In this document: in pieces, positions 9,736 to 20,816 of the stretch | Layout of the letters: the number at the start of each line of letters is the position of its first letter | Numbering within the stretch: position 1 is the stretch's first letter | Virus record (IMG/VR): IMGVR_UViG_3300028840_006004 | Location: 28,627-92,626 of that record | DNA from: a virus | Direction: 5' to 3' (one strand) | Length of the DNA stretch: 64,000 bases | The notes under the pieces: model-generated | Seen by the model: the letters and a program-made list of their open reading frames with translations, nothing else | Told to the model about the DNA's origin: nothing | Database searches by the model: none | Made by a program: the position numbers and the translations under genes

Positions 9736-12281
9736 TCTTCTTTATACTTTAAACTAAATGCATTTGTTAATGATTTTGGAGTTTCGTCTATTTCAGCTCC
9801 TCTTACTTTTCTGTTTTCTGCCCATTGCTCTGTGGTGAAATTCTTGTCCCTTATTAACCAGAACGGAATCATGTACATACCCTCAAAGGCATCTTCTTCA
9901 GCCTTCAGACTTTCTGTAATACCGAACCGGCCTAAAGCCTTCAGATATTCGCGTATTTCAGGTCTTCCTGATTTGTACATACTGGCAACTGAATATTTAT
10001 CCACATCACCATAGATCTCATGGTATTTATGCTCTTTTCCTTCACGATCAGTCCAGCCGTACTTTTCAAGATCATCTTCACTAACGACAACCATAGTTTC
10101 TGTGTACAACTCATTTTTACCTCCGAATCCGAGCCCTATTGATTTTTCTCCTGCAACAAAGAAACCTGACTTCATAAGTTCCTTCTGTCTTGTTACAGGA
10201 TCATAATAATAAACATCACCTGCACCGGAATATTCGCCTATATATGGTGAATACTCATTCATGCTGGTAATATCTTGTCTGATGATATCTATTGTACCAC
10301 CTTTACTTGCTTCCATTATAATTTTATCGCCAATATCCTGCTCAGCTGACGGGCCAACTGCAGCTGCAATATAGTTGTCAACTGACCATAATTGCTTTTG
10401 TTCTTGAGTTGAAAGATTTTCTTTTGCCCATTTCTGAAAATCGGGATGACGCATCACTGAACCCCAGTCCATGTGTGCAATGTTATCCAATATAAAACCG
10501 TGTTTTCCGCTTACTTGGATACCAGCATCATATTTAGTCTGAACTTCTCCTACTTTACCAGCAACACCTGGTCCGGATCTTCTATCGATACCACGATCGA
10601 TACCGCCACTGATTGTTCCCTGATGGATTTCAACGAATGTTTCTCCTTGAAGAATTTTAGGATTTTTTGTTAACGCAGTAATAAATTTATCCAGGATATC
10701 ACCCTTGCTTTCTTTTATCAGATAAGGTGATATTCTTTCCTGATAACCATTATCACTCCAGAATTTCATTTCATCAAGTTTGTTACCCTGAGTAGCAACA
10801 TACTCCATTGCTCTGTCAACTTTTCGATCGCTACTCAATGTATATGCGGCAGCATTACCAGCTAAGTAGTCATCAGCTATTTTTACACCTGTACCATCAA
10901 CAACTTTGCGATAAGGTGAAGCGAGAACCGGAAACTCAAATTTACCTGTCTGAGCAAGCCTGATCAGTCTACCTGCAGCATACTTAAATTCTTTTCCTCT
11001 TGGGATTTTATAATATGATGATAGAGCTGTGATCTCATCTCTCATCTGCTCTTCCAAAAAGATTTGTCCTTTTGCATTTGAGGTGATTATTGATTCTTCA
11101 GCATTGGCAAATAGCAAAGAATTTTCTACAAGAAGTCTGTTGGAAAGCAATTTCTCGTACTGGGCTTTTTGTTGTTCAGTAAGAGTTTCATCTGCTTTGA
11201 CAAGATCAATTATTCTTCCAGTGTTTCCGAGCAGGAATTCATCAAATGATTCTATTCCAACCTGGTCCTTGATATCAGAAAGCATTGTAAAAGCATTATT
11301 GTAACCATCTCGTTCTATCTGTGTGGCTTTTCTCAGGTTATAGGCTCTCTCATCAGCTTTGTTATTCAGCATTACTGAACGATTCCTTTGTAAGGTAGGA
11401 TCATTTGGAACATAGTTTTCGTGGAATTGCTGTATCAGGTTTCCAATTTGCTCTGAATCCATTGTAACAACATATCTGTCACCATCTTCTCCGACTTTTG
11501 TTGTGCCATGCATTTTAGCAAGCTCTTCCATTGCTGCATAATATTCTCCAATATCCAGGGCCATCACGTCATCAAAACCATAACCAAGCGGAAGAAGATC
11601 TTGCATCGCTATACGGGCTTCCTTATTCAGATAGAATGGATTTTTATTCTCAGCGATATAATTTAACAACTGTTCACCCTTTAAGTTTTTCACCTCAGGA
11701 TCTTTGCCGTCAATTCCAAGATATGCAAGCGTTGTATTTCTTTCTCTATCAAGTGCAGTAACAAGAGCTTCGCCTTTAAGTACATCATCAGATCTCATAC
11801 GATTTCCAATTGCATCATACAATGGTGTACCTGGTGCCATCTGATAAAGATCACTCTCTTTAAACTCGCTCATTTCTTTTTGAGCCAGAGCGTGATATTG
11901 CTGAACCCTGTTTCTTTCCTGGATAACTTTTGCAGTTGCATTATGGACAGTTCCCTGTTCGTTTTTCCAGAATTCCTGGAAGTTTCCTCCATATTGATCA
12001 AATGTTGCTTGTAATGCAATATTAACATCAGCTTCAGCCAGCTCAATATTTGTCTTCATATTAAAATAATCAGAAACTCGGCTGTCAAAAGCATCAATTT
12101 CTGCAGTAAGATCATTACCCGGTGTTTCGATAAAATCTGAAATATCGAAAGCCTGTTTTTGAACTGCTTGCGATCCTGATTTTTTACTACTTGATTGCCT
12201 CAAGGCTCCTGCTCCTGAAGGAATACTAAGAGCGTATGATCCATGGACCAGACCTGAAGGGCTATTTTGCTGTTGTGCCAT
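9732..12281 (-). CDS. Virion cargo/ejection protein (849 aa)
   Basis: Long ORF between the muzzle gene and the giant protein, the crAss cargo position; no recognisable catalytic motif. Confidence 0.65.
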   Translation of the reverse strand: MAQQQNSPSGLVHGSYALSIPSGAGALRQSSSKKSGSQAVQKQAFDISDFIETPGNDLTAEIDAFDSRVSDYFNMKTNIELAEADVNIALQATFDQYGGNFQEFWKNEQGTVHNATAKVIQERNRVQQYHALAQKEMSEFKESDLYQMAPGTPLYDAIGNRMRSDDVLKGEALVTALDRERNTTLAYLGIDGKDPEVKNLKGEQLLNYIAENKNPFYLNKEARIAMQDLLPLGYGFDDVMALDIGEYYAAMEELAKMHGTTKVGEDGDRYVVTMDSEQIGNLIQQFHENYVPNDPTLQRNRSVMLNNKADERAYNLRKATQIERDGYNNAFTMLSDIKDQVGIESFDEFLLGNTGRIIDLVKADETLTEQQKAQYEKLLSNRLLVENSLLFANAEESIITSNAKGQIFLEEQMRDEITALSSYYKIPRGKEFKYAAGRLIRLAQTGKFEFPVLASPYRKVVDGTGVKIADDYLAGNAAAYTLSSDRKVDRAMEYVATQGNKLDEMKFWSDNGYQERISPYLIKESKGDILDKFITALTKNPKILQGETFVEIHQGTISGGIDRGIDRRSGPGVAGKVGEVQTKYDAGIQVSGKHGFILDNIAHMDWGSVMRHPDFQKWAKENLSTQEQKQLWSVDNYIAAAVGPSAEQDIGDKIIMEASKGGTIDIIRQDITSMNEYSPYIGEYSGAGDVYYYDPVTRQKELMKSGFFVAGEKSIGLGFGGKNELYTETMVVVSEDDLEKYGWTDREGKEHKYHEIYGDVDKYSVASMYKSGRPEIREYLKALGRFGITESLKAEEDAFEGMYMIPFWLIRDKNFTTEQWAENRKVRGAEIDETPKSLTNAFSLKYKEE

Positions 12282-12283
12282 GG

Positions 12284-13255
12284 TTAATATATCGATGGTT
12301 TAACTGATTTTCCTCTTAACATATTTGTTACAATACGCTTCTCTCTATCTGTGAGCTGTTCATAAGGTATGTTAGGCCTAACACCGGGAATACCTTTCTT
12401 AATTTCTTTGTCTGCCTTAATAACTTCTTCGGTGCTGAATGGTATATCGTCAATTTCTTCTTCCTGATCAAGATTAAATTTAGTTGCGTCCTGAGTGTAA
12501 ACATAATCATTCTTGTCAAGTCCGATATTTTTCATTTCTCTGTTCATCACCTCAAAATTAAATAACCCGCTTTCATCCGCTGTTTGATTTTGAGGATGTG
12601 CCGACCTCCAAAGATTATAATCATCAACTTTTTTCATTTTATTAAAATCGTAATCTATAAGCTTTTGGCGTTCAGAAAGTCCTTTTATTCCAAGCTCCGC
12701 ACTCAAGCGATTAGCAGCGTCCCTTGAAATAATATTCGACACATTTGCAATCCTGCCGGTAAAGTCTGACAGAGCTTTGGATTTCATTCCAGCCCTGGCT
12801 CCTTTAGCGCGAAATTCCATTTCTGCATCTTTAGCAGCCATTTGAGTATTTACAAGGTCTGCTTTCATTCCAGCTTCAAAGTTAAGCTGAGCTTCAGTAT
12901 CCCTTCTTTGAACATCAAGCTTTGCCTGTTGCTCATCAATCGCTGCTACGCCTTTCTGGAACCCTGCGATCAGACTTGCTCCAACATCCTGACCTGTTTC
13001 TCTTGAAAACTTCAGGTTTGTCAAAAGAGCTTTGTTCAGATCTTTCATTGCTTCTCTTCTCACATCAATACCGGTAAGGCTGATTGTGCGGGGAGTCATT
13101 CTGGCTGGTGGCTCATATTTGACTTGATTGGCAAGATTTGTTTGGCCCAGATAATCACCTATGCCAAGAGCGGTCTGGAGTGTTGCTCCAGCTAATGTAG
13201 CATCCTTGCTATATTTCTCATAGTCTTTAAAAATATCTTCGTATTTACGTGCCAT
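12284..13255 (-). CDS. Putative cargo/ejection protein, Ala/Gln-rich helical (323 aa)
   Basis: Position; coiled-coil-like composition; N-terminal Gly/Ala hydrophobic stretch. Confidence 0.6.
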   Translation of the reverse strand: MARKYEDIFKDYEKYSKDATLAGATLQTALGIGDYLGQTNLANQVKYEPPARMTPRTISLTGIDVRREAMKDLNKALLTNLKFSRETGQDVGASLIAGFQKGVAAIDEQQAKLDVQRRDTEAQLNFEAGMKADLVNTQMAAKDAEMEFRAKGARAGMKSKALSDFTGRIANVSNIISRDAANRLSAELGIKGLSERQKLIDYDFNKMKKVDDYNLWRSAHPQNQTADESGLFNFEVMNREMKNIGLDKNDYVYTQDATKFNLDQEEEIDDIPFSTEEVIKADKEIKKGIPGVRPNIPYEQLTDREKRIVTNMLRGKSVKPSIY

Positions 13256-13266
13256 AACGGTATTTT

Positions 13267-13590
13267 TTATGCTGTTTCTTCTTCTACAAGCTCTTCATCA
13301 GGTTCAGGTTCTTTAACCTGCTTGGTTCCCATATTCATTAATCCACCAAGAGCAACGGTGAATTGTCCAGTTCCCATTAAACCTCTTTTGAGCTTTTCGT
13401 TTTCATCAATTATGTTACTATGAACCTGTTCGTTTAATGAAGCAACCTGGTTGCCGAACAGACCTGCATTTCTCAACGATATCGGATCTGGAGAGAATGT
13501 TTTGTGCGTTTCGGTTACATTCTTAGTACCAATCGCTCCAGCAGCTATTTCTGCAGCTGTTCCTACTGCCTGTGTTATTAATCCTATCAT
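13267..13590 (-). CDS. Small putative internal virion/ejection protein (107 aa)
   Basis: N-terminal MIGLITQAVGTAAEIAAGAIG resembles podovirus ejection proteins; ATGA-coupled to the muzzle gene. Confidence 0.6.
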   Translation of the reverse strand: MIGLITQAVGTAAEIAAGAIGTKNVTETHKTFSPDPISLRNAGLFGNQVASLNEQVHSNIIDENEKLKRGLMGTGQFTVALGGLMNMGTKQVKEPEPDEELVEEETA

Positions 13591-16500
13591 ACAAAACTCT
13601 GTTTAAATTGTGTAAAGATATCGCTGATATAAAATTTAGAATTACCTCTGAAATATAAGCTTATTTTTATCCACTTTCCGCGGAAAACACTGTCATCTTC
13701 ATAATATTCATCATCACTATCTTCTATTTCTCTGATAATCGGTGTATACCAAGCGCCTTCTTGCCATTCGCTATCTTTCCAAAAATCGCTACTATCCTCG
13801 CTGAACGTGTAAGTGCCGGTTTGAAGTTCGGTTTCGTATTCAATACGATCAAGTACCTGATGAGGAGAATGAATCTCTATGCTTTCAAATATTTTCGTCA
13901 ATGCAGATGTGTTCTCTTTTTCTGTATTACCATTAACAATGAATGATAAAGTATTTAGCTTGCTTTGACCATAAAAAGTTGGCAATGCATTTTCAGCATC
14001 ATTTTTATAAACATCGTGGGAAGAAGCTCCATTTCCATTTAAGGTCATCAGCTGACCTTTTTTAAACTTAATGAAAGTCGAAGATATGTCGTCAGAGGTT
14101 CCGATAAAGAAACTCAGTCCTTCACTGAAAATCAAATTCTGAGATGACTCTCCATTAATGAAAGAAAAATACACCTCATCGTAATCCTCATTATAACCGA
14201 GCGAAATTCCGTTCATATCCATCGGAGTAGTTCTATTTTCATTCAGTGTAGCAATAATTTCTTTTAGCTCTTTTTCTATCATCAGGGTCTTTGACAACTG
14301 GTTTACTTTTGGTGTAGTAGCACCAGTAGTGGTTCTCTCAATCGATATCCTGGCAATCATCTCATATTTGGTATCAACGATATAAATCGCATCTTTTGTT
14401 TTCAGGAAACCATGCCAGTCTTGTAAACCATAATAAGCTAACGGGACAGCTTCATCTGAGAGATATATTAATGAATCATCGTATTGCAGATTTTCAGTTA
14501 TTTTCTTCTGACCAACCGAGTGACGCATGATTGCTTCATTTCTGATTGTGATAAGAAATCCATACAATTCCTCGATACGTACAATTTCTCCATAATTAGT
14601 TTCAAAATCCTCTTTGTTTTTGATGTCCATGGACCGGTACCCATCACGGAAAGAATCTACTATTCTACGTTCAGAAAAAGCGATTCTGGTTTTCTTATTC
14701 TGAGAATCAAATGGAAGATCAGTATCTACTCCAATAGCTTCAACATAAGCATCAGTCTTGTTATACCCATCATTAATATTAACAGATTCGACCAAGTCTT
14801 GCAGTTGGGATGAAGAGAATATCCATGAGAGCGGATCCAGTGAATCTGCTACTTGAGGAAAAAATGTGTAGATTACATCGCTTCCGTCTTCATTGGTGAT
14901 CTCAAGAACTGATCTTAACGAAACATTTCTTCTGTTCTGAGTAAACATACCATACATTATTCCATGACCATAAGCTGCATCAAGCAGGTATGCGCTTTTC
15001 AAATATTCTTTCTCTGAAAATACACCGGTATCCTGGAATACTTTCCTGTACCATGAACGAAAACCATTGGAAGCGTATCCGGAATCAGTATTATCATCAT
15101 AATCTACTTGATGGGACATTCTGAACCAGGACATTGATTTAAAGTTATCGCCTTTATACAGCGTTTTCTCAATATCAGTATCATCTATTTTGATCATATT
15201 AGAAATAGACCAATACCTCGAGTATTTTGGATTATATGCATTAAGCGAATTGTTGAAGAAATCAGCTCCACGAGGATCATCTTTATAAACTCTGACCATA
15301 TAGGATTTTCCATCTTCGTAAACAATACGTCCTTCATTGACAATCACACCCATATAAGCTGGAGTCTGATAAGATCTGTTATAGTGCACCAGTGCAAAGG
15401 ATCCTTCGACCGCACCAACTGGTGCAGCGCAAGTATGGATCAATCTTCCTTCAAGCGTATAATATCCTCGTTTTCCCTGGATATTGTATTCTTTACCATC
15501 TTCAGCGTATGAAGAGAATTTGCCTCTTCCTTTATGAACTCCTTTTTCGATATTATATATACGAACTGAATGATATTCCGGAATAAATGAAGGCGGAAGT
15601 GATTCAGGCGGAATTTCATAAGGGCCGTCACTGGCACAGACTGGTCTTACCCAGTTATCACCATCTCTGACTGACATAGGAAATTCGTAAACTCCTCTTT
15701 CCTGACTGTAAACTTCCATTGTAAGAACTTCAGCCCAATATGGTCCTGCTGATGGAGATCCACCTGGCTCAAAATCATCAATTGTTTCACGCTGAATTAT
15801 AACTTTAATACAAACCCAAATTTTACCGGCATGAGTAACAAAACTGTCCAGGTTCGCATTATATGGCAATGTATAAACTCCACTTCCGATTGGCTTTGCT
15901 ATTGCAGGAACATAATCACTACCTTCTGTCCATGCCAAAAGACCAATATAATCAGTCGGACAACCTGCAATCCACTCTAATGGATTTTTCTGGCTTACAC
16001 CTCCAGCTGTTAATGCCTCAATTTCTTTATAAATAAATGTATTGAATGTTGCAGGCTCCAGAGAAGTTCCACTGCCAATTTCAAATACGCGAGTTCTCGA
16101 AGGTTTTAAATGCACATGTTCATTTCCCTGGGGAGTTAATCCATAAGTTCCCTGAGAATAATCAGGATAGTCTATTCTCCGATAAATTTCCAACCAGTAA
16201 TCACTACCGCTTTGAGTGAGGTGATCTTCTTCAGTCATAAAGTCTGGTGAAAATATCGCAAAATGATCATCAGATATTTTTAATCGTGTATCAATTGCTT
16301 CCTGGACTGTAAGATTAACGCCTGCGTCACCTTCAGTACCAGTATCATTGCTATCCTGAATTGCTGCAGGAACATCAACAGCAAGTGAATATTCCCATTT
16401 TGGCCTTTCTTTACCAGTAAGCAGATCTTCTATAAAATCAGGAACAGCTGAAGTAAATTCAGAACGTTCATTACCGTTGTCATTATAAACAGCGTGAGGA

Positions 16501-18239
16501 AATATGTACTTAGTTTCACTCAATGGATATTGTTGATTCTCGATAACGTGATTTATCTTGAATACAGGAACATGGTAAGCACCATTTTCGTCTTCAGAAG
16601 CAAACCATAAGTCTTGCTGATTGTAATACCAGCATTGTTTACCATTATTTTTACCAGTAACTTCCTTCAAGGTTTTACGATTTTGACTAAGCCTTATACC
16701 GTTTGCTGTTTTTTCCAGCATACCATCATAGAGCATATTTACGATACGTTCACCACGCAGGATGTAAATACCCCTTATTTTAGTATACCTACTGTCCGAA
16801 TTGATGAGATCTACTGCTTCCTTGATCCTGGCTTTAACTCCAATAATATTGATCTCTTTGTTAGGAAGGTATGGCCGAAATAAACCTTTAATATTTGTCG
16901 TACCGTATTTTTCATCTTTTCCTTTTACAGGATATGCGTCTGTTATCGTTCCATCACTCAGTAAGAACTTGGCTGCAAATGGATATATTTCCTGATCGAA
17001 ATAACCCAGGTACTTATAAATATTTGCCGGATCCTGGTAAGTCATCAACTCAGTCCTCGAAAGATTGACAATATCATTATAACTCGCTCTGGATACTTCG
17101 TTTCCTTCGTGAGATGATAATGTAATTAATTGCGCAAGCTCTTCAAAAATGGTCTTATCGTAAACATTCGCCTTTAGGTTGGCTTTCCAGATCCGTGAAT
17201 TGTAAAAACAGTGATCACCACTGATTCTTTCCTTCAGGTATAAATTGTAAAGCGTACCTGCATCCAGGATAACGGTATCTTCATTACCGGTTATCTCGAT
17301 CTCGAGTGTATCGCCATCGATGAAATGATCCTGGGCCACCTCATATTCTTCATGGAAGAGATTTCCATCTCCATTCCCAAAGAACCGCATAATACCAACT
17401 GATACATATTTATAGTCTTCATCGATATTTGAAAGATTCAGAACAATCTTTTTATTGGTATAGTTAATGTTGTCATCGGAATCTTTATCAAGTTCACCGT
17501 ATGTATCTGTGATCGAATCGCCATAAGCTACGCTTATTGGAAAAGACTCGGTACCATATTCAGTACGATCGAATGAGGCTGTTTTGTAGGCAAAGAAAAT
17601 ATGGTATTGCCCGGGACGTAATGTTCCTCCTCTTGGAACGGAAACATCTTCTATCTTCGGAGGATCCAGAGAATATAGAACATGGTTGATTTTTCCATCA
17701 AAATCACTTGCCGTGTAAACAAAATCATTTATGGTGCCATCAATTCTGAAGCCAGAGTTGACTGCTTTATCCATATTTACCCCATCACAGAGGTAAAGAT
17801 TTACACTTTCATCAAAGGCATCATCGATAATAAGTTTTAATTTCGATTGAGCAGTGTATCCAAAAAGTTCGGTCCGGAAGTCAATTCTTGATATTGGTTT
17901 TGCCAGGGAATAATTCTTCAGTGCGCGATATTCATCCGAAAACCCATCGGTTCCATTTATCCACTGATTAGGGTATGGATAGCACCCGATTTCAGTATTA
18001 GTGCCATCAGAGCTAACCAAATAAACTATTCCACGATGTTCTTCGGCTGCTACTACAGTAAAACCTTCACCAATCTCAAAGAGCTTCTCGTTACCGAGTT
18101 TTGATGAAACGACAAATCCCTGACCTCTTTTATTGTATATACGAATATTGTGAGTAGGAAATACCCAGTTATCAGGCTTCACATGATTATAAGCAAGATC
18201 AGCAACGATACCTTTTATGAATGCGTTGTTCTGTTTCAT
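13587..18239 (-). CDS. Tail stabilization/muzzle protein (P22 gp10-like, crAss type), 1550 aa
   Basis: N-terminal NAFIKGIVADL...NIRI; GYFDQEIYPFAAKFLLSDG; C-terminal FRGKWIKISLYF; conserved position. Confidence 0.85.
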   Translation of the reverse strand: MKQNNAFIKGIVADLAYNHVKPDNWVFPTHNIRIYNKRGQGFVVSSKLGNEKLFEIGEGFTVVAAEEHRGIVYLVSSDGTNTEIGCYPYPNQWINGTDGFSDEYRALKNYSLAKPISRIDFRTELFGYTAQSKLKLIIDDAFDESVNLYLCDGVNMDKAVNSGFRIDGTINDFVYTASDFDGKINHVLYSLDPPKIEDVSVPRGGTLRPGQYHIFFAYKTASFDRTEYGTESFPISVAYGDSITDTYGELDKDSDDNINYTNKKIVLNLSNIDEDYKYVSVGIMRFFGNGDGNLFHEEYEVAQDHFIDGDTLEIEITGNEDTVILDAGTLYNLYLKERISGDHCFYNSRIWKANLKANVYDKTIFEELAQLITLSSHEGNEVSRASYNDIVNLSRTELMTYQDPANIYKYLGYFDQEIYPFAAKFLLSDGTITDAYPVKGKDEKYGTTNIKGLFRPYLPNKEINIIGVKARIKEAVDLINSDSRYTKIRGIYILRGERIVNMLYDGMLEKTANGIRLSQNRKTLKEVTGKNNGKQCWYYNQQDLWFASEDENGAYHVPVFKINHVIENQQYPLSETKYIFPHAVYNDNGNERSEFTSAVPDFIEDLLTGKERPKWEYSLAVDVPAAIQDSNDTGTEGDAGVNLTVQEAIDTRLKISDDHFAIFSPDFMTEEDHLTQSGSDYWLEIYRRIDYPDYSQGTYGLTPQGNEHVHLKPSRTRVFEIGSGTSLEPATFNTFIYKEIEALTAGGVSQKNPLEWIAGCPTDYIGLLAWTEGSDYVPAIAKPIGSGVYTLPYNANLDSFVTHAGKIWVCIKVIIQRETIDDFEPGGSPSAGPYWAEVLTMEVYSQERGVYEFPMSVRDGDNWVRPVCASDGPYEIPPESLPPSFIPEYHSVRIYNIEKGVHKGRGKFSSYAEDGKEYNIQGKRGYYTLEGRLIHTCAAPVGAVEGSFALVHYNRSYQTPAYMGVIVNEGRIVYEDGKSYMVRVYKDDPRGADFFNNSLNAYNPKYSRYWSISNMIKIDDTDIEKTLYKGDNFKSMSWFRMSHQVDYDDNTDSGYASNGFRSWYRKVFQDTGVFSEKEYLKSAYLLDAAYGHGIMYGMFTQNRRNVSLRSVLEITNEDGSDVIYTFFPQVADSLDPLSWIFSSSQLQDLVESVNINDGYNKTDAYVEAIGVDTDLPFDSQNKKTRIAFSERRIVDSFRDGYRSMDIKNKEDFETNYGEIVRIEELYGFLITIRNEAIMRHSVGQKKITENLQYDDSLIYLSDEAVPLAYYGLQDWHGFLKTKDAIYIVDTKYEMIARISIERTTTGATTPKVNQLSKTLMIEKELKEIIATLNENRTTPMDMNGISLGYNEDYDEVYFSFINGESSQNLIFSEGLSFFIGTSDDISSTFIKFKKGQLMTLNGNGASSHDVYKNDAENALPTFYGQSKLNTLSFIVNGNTEKENTSALTKIFESIEIHSPHQVLDRIEYETELQTGTYTFSEDSSDFWKDSEWQEGAWYTPIIREIEDSDDEYYEDDSVFRGKWIKISLYFRGNSKFYISDIFTQFKQSFV

Positions 18240-19201
18240 CCTGTAAGTAAATCTTTAATTTTTCGCATATAGCCACCTTCATCAAATTCGACCTCTTGTC
18301 CAGGTTCAGCCATGAATAATCGTTGTTCATTTTTCCTTCTTCTGACTAGTCCGCGTAATCTCTCACCAGAACCATAAACAAATCCTTTCTGAGGGTCAAA
18401 TGCTTCAACATTAAATTCTTCCATGTTTCCTTCAAGCAATGCTTTCCGTGCATTTGATTTATACCAGCTTTCAGGACTTACGTTATAAAGCATTGAAACC
18501 AATGCAGCACGTTGGTTGTAATTTAACTTACCTCCAAGGGCATCGTTGATCTTGTCAACCTCATTTATCCTCATTGACAAATCCCGGTTAAGCCTATCGA
18601 GAGCTTCTTCTTCAGTTATGGTAAAACCCTCTTTAATATCATCATAATTTAAGCTGGTAGATCCATAACCTATTGAAACAATCCCTCTCTCCTTTTCCTT
18701 TTCAGTAGCATAGTAAGCATTAGGACGGAACAACTCGTGTTTTTTGATGTAGTCAGTAGCAATTTTACGCATATACTCATCTTCCCTGGCTTTGATCAAT
18801 TGCTCTCTTTCAAGCGCCTCCTTAGTTGGTATTTTTGGTTTAGGCAATACCTCAATCGGAGGACTCGGCACAATTGGATTAGGATCATAATCTTCTTCAG
18901 CTGAAGGGTCGATTATTTCTTGCACTTGGTTTTCTGGCTCAGTTTTTTTAACCGGCTCTGGCTTTGGTGTTTTTTCAATGATTTCATTGTTTCTTTTTAA
19001 TTCATTAACTTTTTCGTTTGTAATTGCACCGATGGTATTATCAAGCTGTAACATTCTTTCCTCAGAAATGGTAGAGATGATATCTTCACCAACCCTGTTC
19101 CATAAACTATTGGTTATGGTTTCCCTGGCTACATCTTCGGTTACACCGGTTATATCTTTATCAACAGGAATTATTCCTGATTCTTCAAACAGAGGTGGCA
19201 T
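18236..19201 (-). CDS. GH24 (T4/P21-like) lysozyme with long low-complexity N-terminal extension; probably virion-associated
   Basis: IKKHE.FRPNAY, SIGYGST, LNYNQRAALVSMLYNV, LRGLVRRRKNEQRLF. Confidence 0.85.
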   Translation of the reverse strand: MPPLFEESGIIPVDKDITGVTEDVARETITNSLWNRVGEDIISTISEERMLQLDNTIGAITNEKVNELKRNNEIIEKTPKPEPVKKTEPENQVQEIIDPSAEEDYDPNPIVPSPPIEVLPKPKIPTKEALEREQLIKAREDEYMRKIATDYIKKHELFRPNAYYATEKEKERGIVSIGYGSTSLNYDDIKEGFTITEEEALDRLNRDLSMRINEVDKINDALGGKLNYNQRAALVSMLYNVSPESWYKSNARKALLEGNMEEFNVEAFDPQKGFVYGSGERLRGLVRRRKNEQRLFMAEPGQEVEFDEGGYMRKIKDLLTG

Positions 19202-19820
19202 TGTTTGTGTATTTATGTGCTAATGGTTGAAATCCGATTTTGGGTATCTCGTCACCCATTATAATGGTCATGTCAGCAAACTCTTGCGCTCCCCAATCTC
19301 TAACATCTGCTTTTGGAGCCTGGATCATACCATCAAAACGTTGTTCCCAAGTGTTGTAGGTTGATAGGTTGATTCCTGACTGAGTATAAAGACTCTCGGC
19401 CTTGAATCCATTCAACTGGCAGAGTGTAACACAAGCAATGAAGTGTGTTTCGTGGATATAAGGGATACAGGTTTTGGTATTCATTGGAGTGCCAATATAA
19501 TTTACCCAAATCACGTCACCCTCGAAATTATACAAATTTTTTACAACATTCCCTTGTCGATTGTATCTTACCCTCACATTATTATTATTCTTATCGAACA
19601 CATCCAATAATTTGTAAAGGTTATCAGGAAGATAAAACTTGCTATTATTAACCACATTGAGAGGAATTTCCATGTATTTCCACATCGCATCAGGATCAGC
19701 AATATAAAGAGTTTCTATTTGCTGACACCAACGGTAGACCATGGCTTCATCCCATTTTTTATCCGGGAACTGATCTTCCAGTTCTCGCAAAACTGCTTCA
19801 TGTGTTATATAACTCGGCAT
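19185..19820 (-). CDS. Tail tubular/ring (head-tail connector) protein
   Basis: LPDNLYKLLDV, IWVNYIGTP...IPYI; upstream of the muzzle gene as in crAss phages. Confidence 0.7.
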   Translation of the reverse strand: MPSYITHEAVLRELEDQFPDKKWDEAMVYRWCQQIETLYIADPDAMWKYMEIPLNVVNNSKFYLPDNLYKLLDVFDKNNNNVRVRYNRQGNVVKNLYNFEGDVIWVNYIGTPMNTKTCIPYIHETHFIACVTLCQLNGFKAESLYTQSGINLSTYNTWEQRFDGMIQAPKADVRDWGAQEFADMTIIMGDEIPKIGFQPLAHKYTNNATSV

Positions 19821-20437
19821 TATTTCTGTTTTTTAAGTATCGTATACCATTCTTTGCTAAAGATCATTCGCTCTTTTTCAATCTTATGAGAAATCATTCC
19901 TGACATCAGTGGTGTATAAAAAGCATCGATTCTCATTACCCGGTGATGAACCCTCTTTTTGATGGCCCTGGGAAATAAGATAATCGGTGAAATTGCTACC
20001 CTGATTACAGGATAAATCCCTCTAAGCTTTCTAAAATACTTATAAGGGACATTTCCCAATTTTCTATGTGTTGGAAGCTGTGTAATATGCATTGACATGA
20101 AGGAGTTATAAAAAAGGATCCTGTTACCCTTGAGTAACTGATCAAGCAGGATCCTGACTAACACTCTGGCATAAATACCAATTATTACTCTCCTTACCTG
20201 TCTGTACCTTACACTATCACGCTTCAATCGTTTATTGTTACGCGACAAAACCTTTTCCATGAATAAATGGAACCGGTTATTAAAATCTTCCGTTTCAAAG
20301 AACTCTTTATCAATAATATTTTTTTCGATCGCACCATCCTGTTCCGTCAACCTGAGCTTTTTTCGCTTATCCTTAATATATACTATTCCTTTAGGATGAT
20401 CCGCCGTATCTTTTATCAATTCGCCGTTTAGTTTCAT
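19820..20437 (-). CDS. Basic protein, putative crAss IHF/HU-like DNA-binding protein
   Basis: Very K/R-rich; ILLDQLLKGNRILF resembles the HU/IHF core; syntenic. Confidence 0.45.
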   Translation of the reverse strand: MKLNGELIKDTADHPKGIVYIKDKRKKLRLTEQDGAIEKNIIDKEFFETEDFNNRFHLFMEKVLSRNNKRLKRDSVRYRQVRRVIIGIYARVLVRILLDQLLKGNRILFYNSFMSMHITQLPTHRKLGNVPYKYFRKLRGIYPVIRVAISPIILFPRAIKKRVHHRVMRIDAFYTPLMSGMISHKIEKERMIFSKEWYTILKKQK

Positions 20438-20816
20438 ACCATTCTCCTCGATAATCGGATTGATCTGCCCTCTTTTTAACTGGGTCAGCGATATTAAATG
20501 TTTCTTTCCAAGCTTTCACATAATTCCCATCTTCAACATACGCATCAGTGGTGATCTTTTGATTCCATGCTGGATGTGTATAATCATTGTTGTATATTTC
20601 TGCTTCAGCATCACTGAGCTCTGCAATATAAGTTCCAGGAATGGTATAAATCACACCATCTACCTGTAATCTGAATTTCCATTTTATCTTATCTGCACAA
20701 TCAGTACACGGATCCGTATCAACGAACTCGTATTTATCCAAGTATTCCCAAATAGAATTTCTCAGGAATGTTACCTGGCGGTCGATCGTGTAGTTTTCAT
20801 GGAATTTAATCTGCAT
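20391..20816 (-). CDS. Hypothetical structural-module protein (start probably MQIKF at 20816)
   Basis: Fills the gap between neighbours with short overlaps. Confidence 0.55.
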   Translation of the reverse strand: MQIKFHENYTIDRQVTFLRNSIWEYLDKYEFVDTDPCTDCADKIKWKFRLQVDGVIYTIPGTYIAELSDAEAEIYNNDYTHPAWNQKITTDAYVEDGNYVKAWKETFNIADPVKKRADQSDYRGEWYETKRRIDKRYGGSS

